A stretch of 64,000 nucleotides of DNA, from the NCBI GenBank assembly GCA_963850555.1, contig CAWKLT010000004.1:114081-178080 (forward strand), given 5' to 3'. The stretch comes from an uncultured Chloroflexia bacterium (GTDB taxonomy: Bacteria > Chloroflexota > Limnocylindria > Limnocylindrales > CSP1-4). The position numbers were made by a program, and so were the translations under genes. The notes under the pieces were generated by a model. The model ran no database searches. It was not told the DNA's origin and worked only from the letters and a program-made list of their open reading frames with translations. This document shows positions 49,033-58,183 of the stretch, in pieces (the stretch's first letter is position 1; every line of letters begins with the position of its first letter).

Positions 49033-50475
49033 CTAGGGCGTGTTGACGAGGCCGGTCGTGTTGACGACCTCCAGGTCGCGGCCCGTGATGTCGTCGAGCT
49101 CGTGGAGCACGTCATCGTCGAAATGCGGGTCGCTCATGCCGCTGACGTACCAGGGCGATCCGTTGTCGGCGAGGATCATCCCGTAGCGCTTGAGCGCAAC
49201 GGCGATCACTTTCGCCTGCTGGGAGAGGCCGGCCGTGCTGTAGCTCGACTTCAGGCGGACGCGCAGACCCATGGGCGGCAGGGACGCCGACGTGGATTGG
49301 CCGGCCTGGTGGCGAGCCGGGTAGATGTAGGACTGCCGGGTCCGGTTGGTCGTGAACCGAAGCGCGTGGCGAATGACACCGGCTGCGACCTCGTCGTAGC
49401 GGACGAGCCCCGGCAGGATCGGCAGGCCGGCCGCATCGGCGCTCGTCCAGCCGGCCGGACGGAGGGCGTTCGAGCGCAGGTCCCACGTCGCCCCGCTACC
49501 GGCACGCCAGGCACCGCCCACGCGGGTCGCCGCGAACAGCTCGAACAGGCGGCAGCTGTCCTTGTCCAGCATCAGGATGTGGCGGTCGCCGCCGGCGTTG
49601 GGACCGCCCTCGATGAGCGGCGAGGCCGGGATCGGATAGCCGACGTGGTCCGACTCGTCGTCGTACTCGAAGGTCACGGTGGACCGGGCCGTCGATGCCG
49701 AGACGACCTGGTACGGGATGCCATAGCCCGCGTACGAGCCGAAGTCCATGTGGAGGCCACGGTCGAGCCCGATCGCCCCGATCATCGTCGAGGAGTTCGA
49801 GGCGACTGCGCGTTCGTCGATGCGCGTGTTCCAGACGTTGCCGGCGGGGAGGATCGGGCAGGACGGTGCTCCCGGTAGGGACGGGGACGCGTCGACGCGC
49901 CCGGTCGGGTGGCTGGCGGCCTTGAGCGGATCTTTCCCTGCGCTGACCTCCGTGCGGTCACGGTATCCGTCGTTGTCGGTGTCGGTCCGGGCGGGGTGCG
50001 TGCCGCGCGTCTGCTCGTCGAGGTTGGTGAGCCCGTCGCCGTCGCGATCCTCGCTCGGGTCGGCGACGCCATCGCCGTCGGTGTCCGTCACGCGGGGATG
50101 GAGGACCGCCCGGAACTCGCTCCAGTTCCACAGGCCGTCGGCGTCGGCGTCCTCGCGATCGTCGCGCGTCCCATCCCCGTCGGAGTCCGCGGTTCGGGGC
50201 CGCGTCCGGCTCGTCTGCTCCTGCAGGTTCGTCAGACGGTCCGCGTCGAGATCCTCGGTGCCATCCACGACCCCATCGCCGTCGGAGTCCCGTCGCGTTG
50301 GGCTGGTCTTCGTCCATTCCCGCTCGTAGGCGTCCGTCAGCGAGTCGCCATCCGTGTCAGAGGTGGCTGCCGAGGCCGCTCCGGCGCTCCACGCAGCCGT
50401 CGAAACGACGAGCGCCGTCAGGGCGACCAGGCGGTGGGCGAAGCGGGACCTCGGCATCTGCCGAGGGTCGGCCAC
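49033..50475 (-). CDS. Secreted protein with N-terminal thrombospondin-type-3-like Ca-binding repeats and a ~290-aa C-terminal domain of unknown function
   Basis: Signal peptide RLVALTALVVSTAAWSAGAASA. About 8 DxDxDG-type repeats follow (SDTDGDSLTD, DSDGDGVVD, DSDGDGTRD, DTDGDGVAD, DRDGDGLTN, DTDNDGYRD). The C-terminal domain is ...GDRHILMLDKDSCRLFELF... Confidence 0.75.
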   Translation of the reverse strand: MADPRQMPRSRFAHRLVALTALVVSTAAWSAGAASAATSDTDGDSLTDAYEREWTKTSPTRRDSDGDGVVDGTEDLDADRLTNLQEQTSRTRPRTADSDGDGTRDDREDADADGLWNWSEFRAVLHPRVTDTDGDGVADPSEDRDGDGLTNLDEQTRGTHPARTDTDNDGYRDRTEVSAGKDPLKAASHPTGRVDASPSLPGAPSCPILPAGNVWNTRIDERAVASNSSTMIGAIGLDRGLHMDFGSYAGYGIPYQVVSASTARSTVTFEYDDESDHVGYPIPASPLIEGGPNAGGDRHILMLDKDSCRLFELFAATRVGGAWRAGSGATWDLRSNALRPAGWTSADAAGLPILPGLVRYDEVAAGVIRHALRFTTNRTRQSYIYPARHQAGQSTSASLPPMGLRVRLKSSYSTAGLSQQAKVIAVALKRYGMILADNGSPWYVSGMSDPHFDDDVLHELDDITGRDLEVVNTTGLVNTP

Positions 50476-50560
50476 GAGGCCTACCGTGGCCCCTCATCCA
50501 AGGTCCCGATCGGTCCGGACGATAGGCCGGTTCCGGGGCGCACCGTGGCGAGTCGCGGGA

Positions 50561-51323
50561 CTACGCGCGGGCGGTCGCCGCCAGCATCGCCTTCGCCCCC
50601 GCGCTGACGAACGAGCCCTCGGAGCCCAGGCCGATGAACCGGAACCCGAGCTCCTGGTGGCGGGCCAGCACCGTCGTATCGTAGAGCAGGATCCCGGCGG
50701 CCTTGCCATGCCGCTCGCACGCGTCCGCGACCGTCCGCAACGCGGCGAGGTAGGTCTCGTCGTCGAATCGGCCCGGGACGCCCAGCGCGTGCGAGAGGTC
50801 CGCCGGGCCGACGAACAACACGTCCACCTCGTCCATCGACGCGATCTCGTCGGCGGCGGCGAGCGCCCCGCGAGATTCGATCTGGACGATGCCGACCACG
50901 CGCTCGTTCACGACCCGCGCGACGTCCGCGTGGGCTGAGCGCGCCCATGTCGGCGCCGCGGGTCCGCAGCGCCAGGCCGCGGGAACCCGCCGGCGGATAG
51001 CGCAGGTACGCGACGGCCTGCCGTACCTCGTCCGCGGACTGCAGCTGGGGCAGCATGACCCCGGCTGCGCCCAGGTCCAGCGCCCGCCCGATCCGAAGCC
51101 GCTCGGCCGACTGCGCACGGACGATCGGGGCCATCGGCGTCGTCCCCACCGCATAGAGCAGCGCCAGGAGATCCGCCTCGGTCGCCGTGCCGTGCTCGAG
51201 GTCCAGGACGGTCCAGTCGAAGCCGGCGTTGCCACACAGCTCCGCGGCGAGTGGGGACGCGAGATCGGAGAAGACGCCGATCAGCGTCTCGCCGGCGCGG
51301 ATGCGGGTTCGAAGGTCGGTCAT
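50561..51323 (-). pseudogene. HpcH/HpaI-family aldolase, frame broken near 50935-50955
   Basis: From ATG 51323: MTDLRTRIRAGETLIGVFSDLASPLAAELCGNAGFDWTVLDLEHG...RYPPAGSRGLALRTRGAD. It then continues in the frame of ORF 50561..1235-style C-terminus, i.e. ORF 50561..51235: AHADVARVVNERVVGIVQIESRGALAAADEIASMDEVDVLFVGPADLSHALG... Length is 763 nt = 3n+1. Confidence 0.8.
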
Positions 51324-51483
51324 CGGGAGATGATGCCGTGTCGGCCGGCGCTCCGTTGGCCTCGGACGACGGGTCATCGGGCGGCTGCCACGAGACGGCC
51401 CCAGTGCATACTCCGCCGCGAATGAACCTTGTTCCGGGTACGACCATCTGTTGAGGTGAAGCGCCCGTTCGGGCGTCGCTGGG

Positions 51484-52044
51484 GTGCCGCGCATGCGGAC
51501 GAGACTGGTCGAACGCGCGAGGGAGGGCGACGACGGCGCCTTCACGGAGCTCGTCGACCTCGATGGCAACATGTGCTACGCGATCGCGTTCCGCATCCTG
51601 CGCGATGCGGAACGGGCACAGGACGCCGTCCAGCAGGCATTCCTCCTCGCCTGGCGCGAGCTTCCGCAGCTTCGCGACCCGGAACGGTTCGGACCCTGGC
51701 TCCACCGCCTGCTGGTGAACGCCTGCTACGACGAGCTGCGTCGCCACCGGCGTTGGAGCACGCGCATCCGCGCACTGCCGATGGAGGGACCCGGTGGGCC
51801 GGACCAGATGCTGACCGTCGAGGATCGGGACCTGTTGGACCGGGCCTTCTCGCGCCTCACGCCGCAGCATCGCGCGGTCTTCGTCCTCCACCACCACGCC
51901 GGCCTCCCATTGGCGGAGATCGCCGACGCGGTCGGCGTGCCGGTCGGCACCGTCAAGTCACGACTCCATCACGCAACGAGAGCCTTGCGCGCGGCCATCG
52001 AGGCCGATAGTCGCGTCGACACCGGGGAGGTACGACTCGCATGA
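51484..52044 (+). CDS. ECF (group 4) RNA polymerase sigma factor
   Basis: 186 aa. Region 2: AQDAVQQAFLLAWREL...FGPWLHRLLVNACYDELRR. Region 4: LTPQHRAVFVLHHHAGLPLAEIADAVGVPVGTVKSRLHHA. Confidence 0.88.
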   Translation: MPRMRTRLVERAREGDDGAFTELVDLDGNMCYAIAFRILRDAERAQDAVQQAFLLAWRELPQLRDPERFGPWLHRLLVNACYDELRRHRRWSTRIRALPMEGPGGPDQMLTVEDRDLLDRAFSRLTPQHRAVFVLHHHAGLPLAEIADAVGVPVGTVKSRLHHATRALRAAIEADSRVDTGEVRLA

Positions 52045-52928
52045 ATCCGCCGCGCGAGAGAAGCGCGATCGTCGCTGCCTGGCTCGAGGAAGGACCGAAC
52101 GAACTGCCCGAGTCCACCAGACGCGCGATCGCGGTCGACGTCCGAACGACCCACCAGTCGCGTCGGTCGGTCAGGGCGCCACGATGGTTCCCGCGGCTGG
52201 ATCGGCTGTCGCTGGTCGCCGTGGCCGCGGTGGCGGTGATGGCATTGGCCGTCGGTGGCTTGGTCGTGCGCCCTTTCGCATCAGGTGGTAACAACGTCGG
52301 CGGACTGCCCCCGTCACAGTCGGAGGCGCCACCGTCCCCCGCTGCGACGACCTTGGCCTTCCCGCCGATGCAGCGGACCTTCTTCTCCGAACGGTATGGC
52401 TATGCGATCTCGTATCCCGCCGACTGGACCGCGGCCAGCCCGACTGATCCAGGAGGGTGGTGGTCGCCACGCGATTGGAGGGACGGGAGTTCGACCATCG
52501 ACCCGTTCGACTACATCGAAGGCCCGACGATGGGTCCGCGGTTCCGGGCGGCCTCCGCGCTGCTGCCGGCTGAACTTGCGGATGTGGACGCCTGGATCGA
52601 CGACAACCTCACCTTTTCGAGCGTCCCCGGCTGCGCGCCGCCACGCGAGGATTGGGAACCGATCCAGATCGACGGAGCGGCGGGCCGCCTCCGGGACAGC
52701 TGCGGCGAGGTCGAGGCGACCGTCATCATCGACGGCCGCGTCTACCTGTTCACGCTGTTCCTTGGCGAGGAGCAGCTCACGAACGCGCGGGAGTTGTTCA
52801 ACGCCCTCGCGGCGACCATCGACCTGCGGCCGGAGGACGCCGTGCTCCCGACCCCGAGTTCGAGTCCGGCATCCCAGACCGTCGGGGCGCGTCTCAGTCG
52901 GGGAACGCCTCCGGCCCGCGCTCACTGA
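52041..52928 (+). CDS. Single-pass membrane partner of the ECF sigma (anti-sigma candidate) with an extracytoplasmic domain
   Basis: ATGA overlap with the sigma gene. N-terminal AWLEEGPNELPESTRRAI, TM helix LSLVAVAAVAVMALAVGGLVV, then ...FFSERYGYAISYPADWTA... Its 3' end overlaps the convergent hmgA by 35 nt. Confidence 0.7.
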   Translation: MNPPRERSAIVAAWLEEGPNELPESTRRAIAVDVRTTHQSRRSVRAPRWFPRLDRLSLVAVAAVAVMALAVGGLVVRPFASGGNNVGGLPPSQSEAPPSPAATTLAFPPMQRTFFSERYGYAISYPADWTAASPTDPGGWWSPRDWRDGSSTIDPFDYIEGPTMGPRFRAASALLPAELADVDAWIDDNLTFSSVPGCAPPREDWEPIQIDGAAGRLRDSCGEVEATVIIDGRVYLFTLFLGEEQLTNARELFNALAATIDLRPEDAVLPTPSSSPASQTVGARLSRGTPPARAH

Positions 52929-54138
52929 GCTCGGCCGCCTCGCCGGTGGCGTCCTCCGGGGGCAGCCATGAATAGGGATAGCGCTCGTCGTCGAGGTCCA
53001 TCGCTGCCTGCGTGACGTGCAGCGGATGGAACGTATCGACCATGACGGCCAGCTCCTCCGTGGCCTCCTTGCCGATCGACGCCTCCACCGTGCCCGGGTG
53101 CGGACCGTGCGGGATCCCTGCCGGATGCAGCGTGAAGGACGCGATCTCCACCCCGCGCCGGCTCATGAAGTTGCCGGCCACGTAGTAGATGACCTCGTCC
53201 GAGTTGATGTTCGAGTGGTTGTACGGCGCCGGGATGGCGAGCGGGTGGTAGTCGAACTTGCGCGGCACGAACGAGCACACGACGAAGTTGCGCGCCTGGA
53301 ACGTCTGGTGGACGGGTGGTGGCTGGTGCACCCGGCCGGTGATGGGCTGGAAATCGCCGATGTTGAAGCGGAACGGCCAGAGATACCCATCCCACCCGAT
53401 GACGTCGAACGGATGGTGCCGGTAGTGGTAGGCCGTGATCCGGTCGGACGATCGGACGTGGATGACGAAGTCGCCGTCCTCGTCCCGCGGCTCGACCTCG
53501 TCAGGGGCGTGGAGATCGCGCTGCGAGTACGGGGCGTGCTCGAGCAGCTGGCCGTAGTCGTTGCGATACCGCTTGGGCGGCTCGATGACCGACGGCGCCT
53601 CGAGGTAGAGCATCCGTTGCTCCGAGCCCGCGTCCGGGTCCAGCCGCCAGGTGGTTCCGATCGGGAGGACGAGGTAGTCGCCGGGTCCGTAGCGAAGCGG
53701 CCCGAAGACCGTGTCGCACACGCCGGTCCCTTCGTGGACGAACAGCATCTCATCGGCGATGCCGTTGCGGTAGAAGGTCCCCTCCGGCATCGATCCCGCG
53801 GGGCGCACCACACCGAACACGACGTCGTGATTGAAGTACAGCGGTACGCGACCCGTCACGACGTCGCCACTCAAGGGCACGTCGCCGGTCTTGGTCAATC
53901 GATGGCGATGGAGGTCGTCGTCCGCCGGCTCGAGGCGGATCCGGCTGACGGGTTCGATCTTGTGGGTCTGCGTCGGAGGGGTCCGGTGGTAGAGCAGCGA
54001 GCTGCGCCCCGTGAAGCCCTCCATGCCGAACAGCTCCTCGGCGTACAGGCTGCCGTCAGCGGCGCGGTGCTGCGTGTGGCGCTGTTGCGGGACGCTGCCA
54101 CGACGAACGTAGTACATCGAACGGACCTCCCTCGACAT
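52894..54138 (-). CDS. hmgA: homogentisate 1,2-dioxygenase
   Basis: 414 aa: ...YYVRRGSVPQQRHTQHR...EELFGMEGFTG..SLLYH...FRFNIGDFQPITGRVHQPPPVHQTF...HPAGIPHGPHPG. Confidence 0.88.
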   Translation of the reverse strand: MSREVRSMYYVRRGSVPQQRHTQHRAADGSLYAEELFGMEGFTGRSSLLYHRTPPTQTHKIEPVSRIRLEPADDDLHRHRLTKTGDVPLSGDVVTGRVPLYFNHDVVFGVVRPAGSMPEGTFYRNGIADEMLFVHEGTGVCDTVFGPLRYGPGDYLVLPIGTTWRLDPDAGSEQRMLYLEAPSVIEPPKRYRNDYGQLLEHAPYSQRDLHAPDEVEPRDEDGDFVIHVRSSDRITAYHYRHHPFDVIGWDGYLWPFRFNIGDFQPITGRVHQPPPVHQTFQARNFVVCSFVPRKFDYHPLAIPAPYNHSNINSDEVIYYVAGNFMSRRGVEIASFTLHPAGIPHGPHPGTVEASIGKEATEELAVMVDTFHPLHVTQAAMDLDDERYPYSWLPPEDATGEAAELSERGPEAFPD

Positions 54139-54321
54139 CGTACGCGAGCCCGCCGGTGCGGGCCGACCGCGTAAAGGCGTGCTCCTTCGTCGTGGTGCGA
54201 AATAAAGGTTGGCGCGGCGCGAATATCGCGAGGTCGCCCGATGGCACGGGCCGGTGCGCGCCCTACGTTAGGGACATCGCGAAGACCAACGACCGCGATA
54301 CACCGCAACGAGGGAACTCCG

Positions 54322-54504
54322 ATGACCGCCGAGATCACCATCCTGACCGCCGCTCACGACCACCACGCCGAGCTCCTGGCCGAGGCCGATGCCCGACGCC
54401 TGCTCCGCCGGTCGGACGCTCCGACTTCCGGGTCGCAGCCGGCCACCAAGCAACGCCTGAGCACGCTGATCCGCCGGCTCGCCGGCGCTACGTCCTTCGC
54501 CTGA
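54322..54504 (+). CDS. 60-aa small ORF upstream of the second LAL regulator
   Basis: ATG 54322 is preceded by GAGGGA with a 6-nt spacer. Sequence: MTAEITILTAAHDHHAELLAEADARRLLRRSDAPTSGSQPATKQRLSTLIRRLAGATSFA. It lies in a locally lower-GC intergenic stretch. Confidence 0.3.
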   Translation: MTAEITILTAAHDHHAELLAEADARRLLRRSDAPTSGSQPATKQRLSTLIRRLAGATSFA

Positions 54505-54548
54505 TCGTGCCGGTCGCCGCTCCGGGAGGGGAGCGTGGCTCCCGTACC

Positions 54549-57500
54549 ATGAGCCGCGTGACGACACGCGTCTCGAGCCCCCTCTTCATCGGACGTCAGC
54601 CGGACCTCCTGGCCCTGATGGAGGCCGTCGATCGGGCCAGCGCCGGTGAGGCGGCCGTCATCCTCATCGGCGGCGAAGCCGGCATCGGCAAGACCCGGCT
54701 GATCGACGAAGTCGGCGCTCGCGCACGCGAGGGTGGCGCGCTCCTCCTCGAAGGCGGCTGCGTCAGCCTGGGAGATGGCGGCGGCCTTCCGTACGCACCG
54801 ATCGTCGAGGCCCTGCGGAGACTGCCGGCGACGCTCGCGGGCAGCCGATTCCGCGATATCGAGTTCGACGACCTGCGAACCCCCGCGACCGCCGAGCTCG
54901 GTCGACTCCTGCCCGAGTTCGGGGCCCCAGCGGTGGCGGACGCCGGAGGCACCGGGCGCCCGGAATGGGCGCAGGCGAGGATCTTCGAGGGCGTCCTCGC
55001 GCTCCTTCGCGACCTCGGGGATCGGGCGCCGGTCGTGTGCGTCCTCGAGGACCTGCACTGGGCGGACAGCTCGACTCGGGATCTCGTCGCCTTCCTGGCT
55101 CGCAACGTTCGAACCGAGCGCCTCGTCGTCGTCGGGACGTATCGAACGGACGAGCTGCATCGCCGGCATCCACTCCGGCCGTGGCTCGCGGAGATGGACC
55201 GCCTGCCGCGGGTCCGACGGATGGAGCTGGCGAGGTTCGGGCCTTCGGAGCTCAGCGCACAGGTCGAGGCGATCATCGGTCACGCGGCGGAGGCCGATCT
55301 GCTCGAGGCGATCGGGCGACGGGCGGAAGGCAATCCCTTCTTCATCGAGGAGCTCCTCGCGGCGCGCGGTGGCGGCCACGCCGAGTCGGGACTGCCGGAC
55401 ACCTTGCGCGAGGTGCTACTCGCGCGGGTCTCGGCCCTGTCCGAGGATGCCCAGCGCATCCTGGGCATGGCCGCCGTAGCCGGGCGCTCGGTGGACGCGG
55501 GCCTGCTCGGGGAGGTGGCCGCGCGGCCAGAACCGGAGCTCGAGGAGCCGCTCCGCGAGGCGCTCGCCGCGCAACTCCTGGTCAGCGACACGGACGATGG
55601 TCGCTACCGATTCCGCCACGCCCTGCTCGCCGAGGCCGTCTACGACGATCTCCTCCCGTCGGAACGACGCCGCCTCCATGCCGCCTACGCGTCGGCCCTC
55701 GATGCGCGGCCGGTGCCAGAGGGCGCGGAGGGCGCCAGCCTCCTCGCGGCCCTCGCCCACCACGCCACCGCGGCGCACGAACCCGTGCGCGCCCTGCGTG
55801 CCTGGATCGCGGCCGCACGCGCCGCCGCCGATGCCTATGCGTTCGCCGAGAGCGTCCGCTCGTACGAGCATGCGATCGGGCTGTGGGATGCCGTCCCGCC
55901 GGACGATCGGCCCGATGGCGTTGACGCGGCCACGCTCCACTACGAGGCGAGTCTGGGAGCGATGGTCGTCGGCCGACTGGATCTGGCCGTGGACCTGGCC
56001 CGTGTCTCGGTCGGACTGGTCGATCCGGTGCGCGAACCCGAACGGTGGGCAACCGCCAATGAGCGCCTCGCGCGGGCCGCATGGGTATCGGGCGCGACCC
56101 AGGAGGGCACCGATATCCTCGAAGCGACAGCGGCGGCGATGGAACGCGCCGGTCCATCGCCCGAACGCGCCCGGGTGCTCGCATCCCTGGCGAGCGCGTA
56201 CATGCTTCGCGGGGGTCACGCGCGGGCCATCCCGATCGCACAGGCCGCGATCGACCTCGCCCGTTCGACCGACGCCGCGCTGGCCGAGGCGCATGCCATG
56301 AGCACCCTCGGAACGAGCCTGACGCTCATCGGGCGGTGCGCCGACGGGACCTCGGTCTCTCGTGAAGCCTTCTCCCGCAATCTTGCGGATGGCGACGTCG
56401 ATTCCATCGGTCGGGCGCATGCCAACTACAGCTCGGTCCTGCTCATCTGCGGGGCGTTCGAGAAGAGCATCGAGGTCGCAGAAGCCGGGGTTGTCTGGGC
56501 CCGATCCGCCGGGGCGTACGAGCAGTACGGCCGATTCATCGGCGGGAACGTCGCCGACGCCCAGATCGAGCTGGGCCGCTGGGATGCCGCGGAGGCGACG
56601 ATCGACGACCTTCTCGCCGCGGACGTGTCCGGCGTGACTCGCGTCGGCACCCTCGCCGTTGCCGGCACGTTCCTCGTGCGGCGCGGTCGTGCGGCAGACG
56701 CCCGGCCGCTCCTGGCCGAGGGCCGCGTGCTCGTGGAGTCGATGCGGGATGCCCAGTTCACCGGGCCCATCCACCTCGGCCTCGTCGAGTTGGCGTTGAC
56801 CGACGAGGACGCCGTCATGGCGGCAGCCATCGCCGGAGAGGCCCTCGATCGACTGGCGAACACCGGGGACCGCTTCTACGCCCTCGAACTCGCGTCCGCG
56901 GCTGCTCGCGCGGAGGCCGACGCAGCGAACCTGGCCCGGGCCCTCCGCGACGACGCCGGAGCCGCGGGGGCGAGCGAGCGCGCCCGGAGCGCGGCCGCGA
57001 TGCTCGAGCGGATGCAAGGCGAGCTGGCGGGAGCCGACGCGTTCGGTGGTCGTCTGGACAGCACGACAGCCATCGCGCTCGCCGAAAGCCGTCGCGCCGA
57101 GGGCTCGGCCGAGCCGGACGCGTGGCGAGCGGCGATCGAGGCCGCGGATCGTGCCGGCAGTGCCTGGACGAAGGCCTATGTCCGCTTCCGCCTCGCCGAG
57201 TCGATGCTCGAGTCGCGGGCGTCGCGCCGGGATGCCGAGGCGGCGCTCGCCGAGGCCCACGCTGCCGCGGATCGTCTTGGTGCCGCTCCCCTTCGGGACT
57301 GGATCGAAGGACTCGCTCGGCGGGCACGGGTGCGGATGCCAGAACCCGCGGCGGTCGGCGTCGTGGCAACGGCCGATGACGGCGACGGCGTGGACCCGAA
57401 GCCATCCGCTGCGACCGTCGCGCTCGACCGCCTGGGCCTGACCCGGCGTGAGTTGGAGGTGCTCCCGCTCGTCGCCGCGGGTCATACGAACAAGCGCATC

Positions 57501-57620
57501 GCCGAGCTGCTGTTCATCAGCGAGAACACGGCCGGCGTCCACGTGTCGAACATCCTCGGCAAGCTCGGAGTCGCCACCCGAACGGAGGCTGCGGCCATCG
57601 CCGCGCGGCTTGGGCTCTGA
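54549..57620 (+). CDS. LAL-family (large ATP-binding LuxR) transcriptional regulator, paralogue of 8684..11497
   Basis: From ATG 54549: MSRVTTRVSSPLFIGRQPDLLALMEAVDRASAGEAAVILIGGEAGIGKTRLIDE..., a long helical/TPR-like middle region, and the C-terminal [45 protein letters not shown]. Confidence 0.87.
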   Translation: MSRVTTRVSSPLFIGRQPDLLALMEAVDRASAGEAAVILIGGEAGIGKTRLIDEVGARAREGGALLLEGGCVSLGDGGGLPYAPIVEALRRLPATLAGSRFRDIEFDDLRTPATAELGRLLPEFGAPAVADAGGTGRPEWAQARIFEGVLALLRDLGDRAPVVCVLEDLHWADSSTRDLVAFLARNVRTERLVVVGTYRTDELHRRHPLRPWLAEMDRLPRVRRMELARFGPSELSAQVEAIIGHAAEADLLEAIGRRAEGNPFFIEELLAARGGGHAESGLPDTLREVLLARVSALSEDAQRILGMAAVAGRSVDAGLLGEVAARPEPELEEPLREALAAQLLVSDTDDGRYRFRHALLAEAVYDDLLPSERRRLHAAYASALDARPVPEGAEGASLLAALAHHATAAHEPVRALRAWIAAARAAADAYAFAESVRSYEHAIGLWDAVPPDDRPDGVDAATLHYEASLGAMVVGRLDLAVDLARVSVGLVDPVREPERWATANERLARAAWVSGATQEGTDILEATAAAMERAGPSPERARVLASLASAYMLRGGHARAIPIAQAAIDLARSTDAALAEAHAMSTLGTSLTLIGRCADGTSVSREAFSRNLADGDVDSIGRAHANYSSVLLICGAFEKSIEVAEAGVVWARSAGAYEQYGRFIGGNVADAQIELGRWDAAEATIDDLLAADVSGVTRVGTLAVAGTFLVRRGRAADARPLLAEGRVLVESMRDAQFTGPIHLGLVELALTDEDAVMAAAIAGEALDRLANTGDRFYALELASAAARAEADAANLARALRDDAGAAGASERARSAAAMLERMQGELAGADAFGGRLDSTTAIALAESRRAEGSAEPDAWRAAIEAADRAGSAWTKAYVRFRLAESMLESRASRRDAEAALAEAHAAADRLGAAPLRDWIEGLARRARVRMPEPAAVGVVATADDGDGVDPKPSAATVALDRLGLTRRELEVLPLVAAGHTNKRIAELLFISENTAGVHVSNILGKLGVATRTEAAAIAARLGL

Positions 57621-57641
57621 CGAGGTGCCCTGACCGAGCGG

Positions 57642-58154
57642 TCAGTCCGACGGCGGGGTGCGGTGCTCCAACAGCACGACGTCCCGCCACCGCCCGCCTG
57701 GATCGCGTCCCATCGCCCGCTGGACCCCGACCCGCCGAAACCCGACCGCTTCGTGGAGCCGGAGACTGGCCGTGTTCTCGGCCATGACCCCGGCGAGCAG
57801 CGTCCAGAAGCCCGCCTGCTCCGCGGCCGGGATGACCGCCTCGAGGAGCGCCCGACCCACGCCCCGGCCGCGGGCCTCGGCCGCGACGTACACGCTTTCC
57901 CACGCGACGCCGCTGTACACGCGGCGCGACGAGTACGCCGTCAGGGCGACCCAGCCCAGGACCGGCGAGCGCGCCGACTCGCGCGCGACCAGCCGGCAAT
58001 CGGGACGGTGGGATCGATCGAAGTGGTCCCAGTCGGGCGCTTCGCGCTCCAGCGTGGCGTCGCCGGTCGCGATGCCCTCGACATAGATCCGGCGGACGAT
58101 CGGCCAGTCGGCCGGCGTCATGGGCTCGATCCGGAATGCGTGCACCGCCGCCAC
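57642..58154 (-). CDS. GNAT N-acetyltransferase, phosphinothricin-acetyltransferase-like
   Basis: 170 aa: IEPMTPADWPIVRRIYVEGIATGDATLE...VYVAAEARGRGVGRALLEAVIPAAEQAGFWTLLAGVMAENTASLRLHEAVGFR. Confidence 0.82.
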   Translation of the reverse strand: MAAVHAFRIEPMTPADWPIVRRIYVEGIATGDATLEREAPDWDHFDRSHRPDCRLVARESARSPVLGWVALTAYSSRRVYSGVAWESVYVAAEARGRGVGRALLEAVIPAAEQAGFWTLLAGVMAENTASLRLHEAVGFRRVGVQRAMGRDPGGRWRDVVLLEHRTPPSD

Positions 58155-58183
58155 GGCGGCATCATCACATGTCGGCGGCCGGC

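Noticed and set aside
49900-50330. Periodic DNA repeats that might be mistaken for a CRISPR array or VNTR.
   Set aside because: They are in-frame codons for the DxDxDG calcium-binding repeats of the secreted protein 49033..50475. The repeats are imperfect, and there is no repeat-spacer architecture.
52894-52928. 35-nt convergent overlap between the ECF partner gene (stop 52928) and hmgA (stop 52894).
   Set aside because: It could hint at antisense regulation or another indel extending one ORF. However, both C-terminal tails are plausible, and convergent overlaps of this size occur in compact high-GC genomes. Nothing specific to test.
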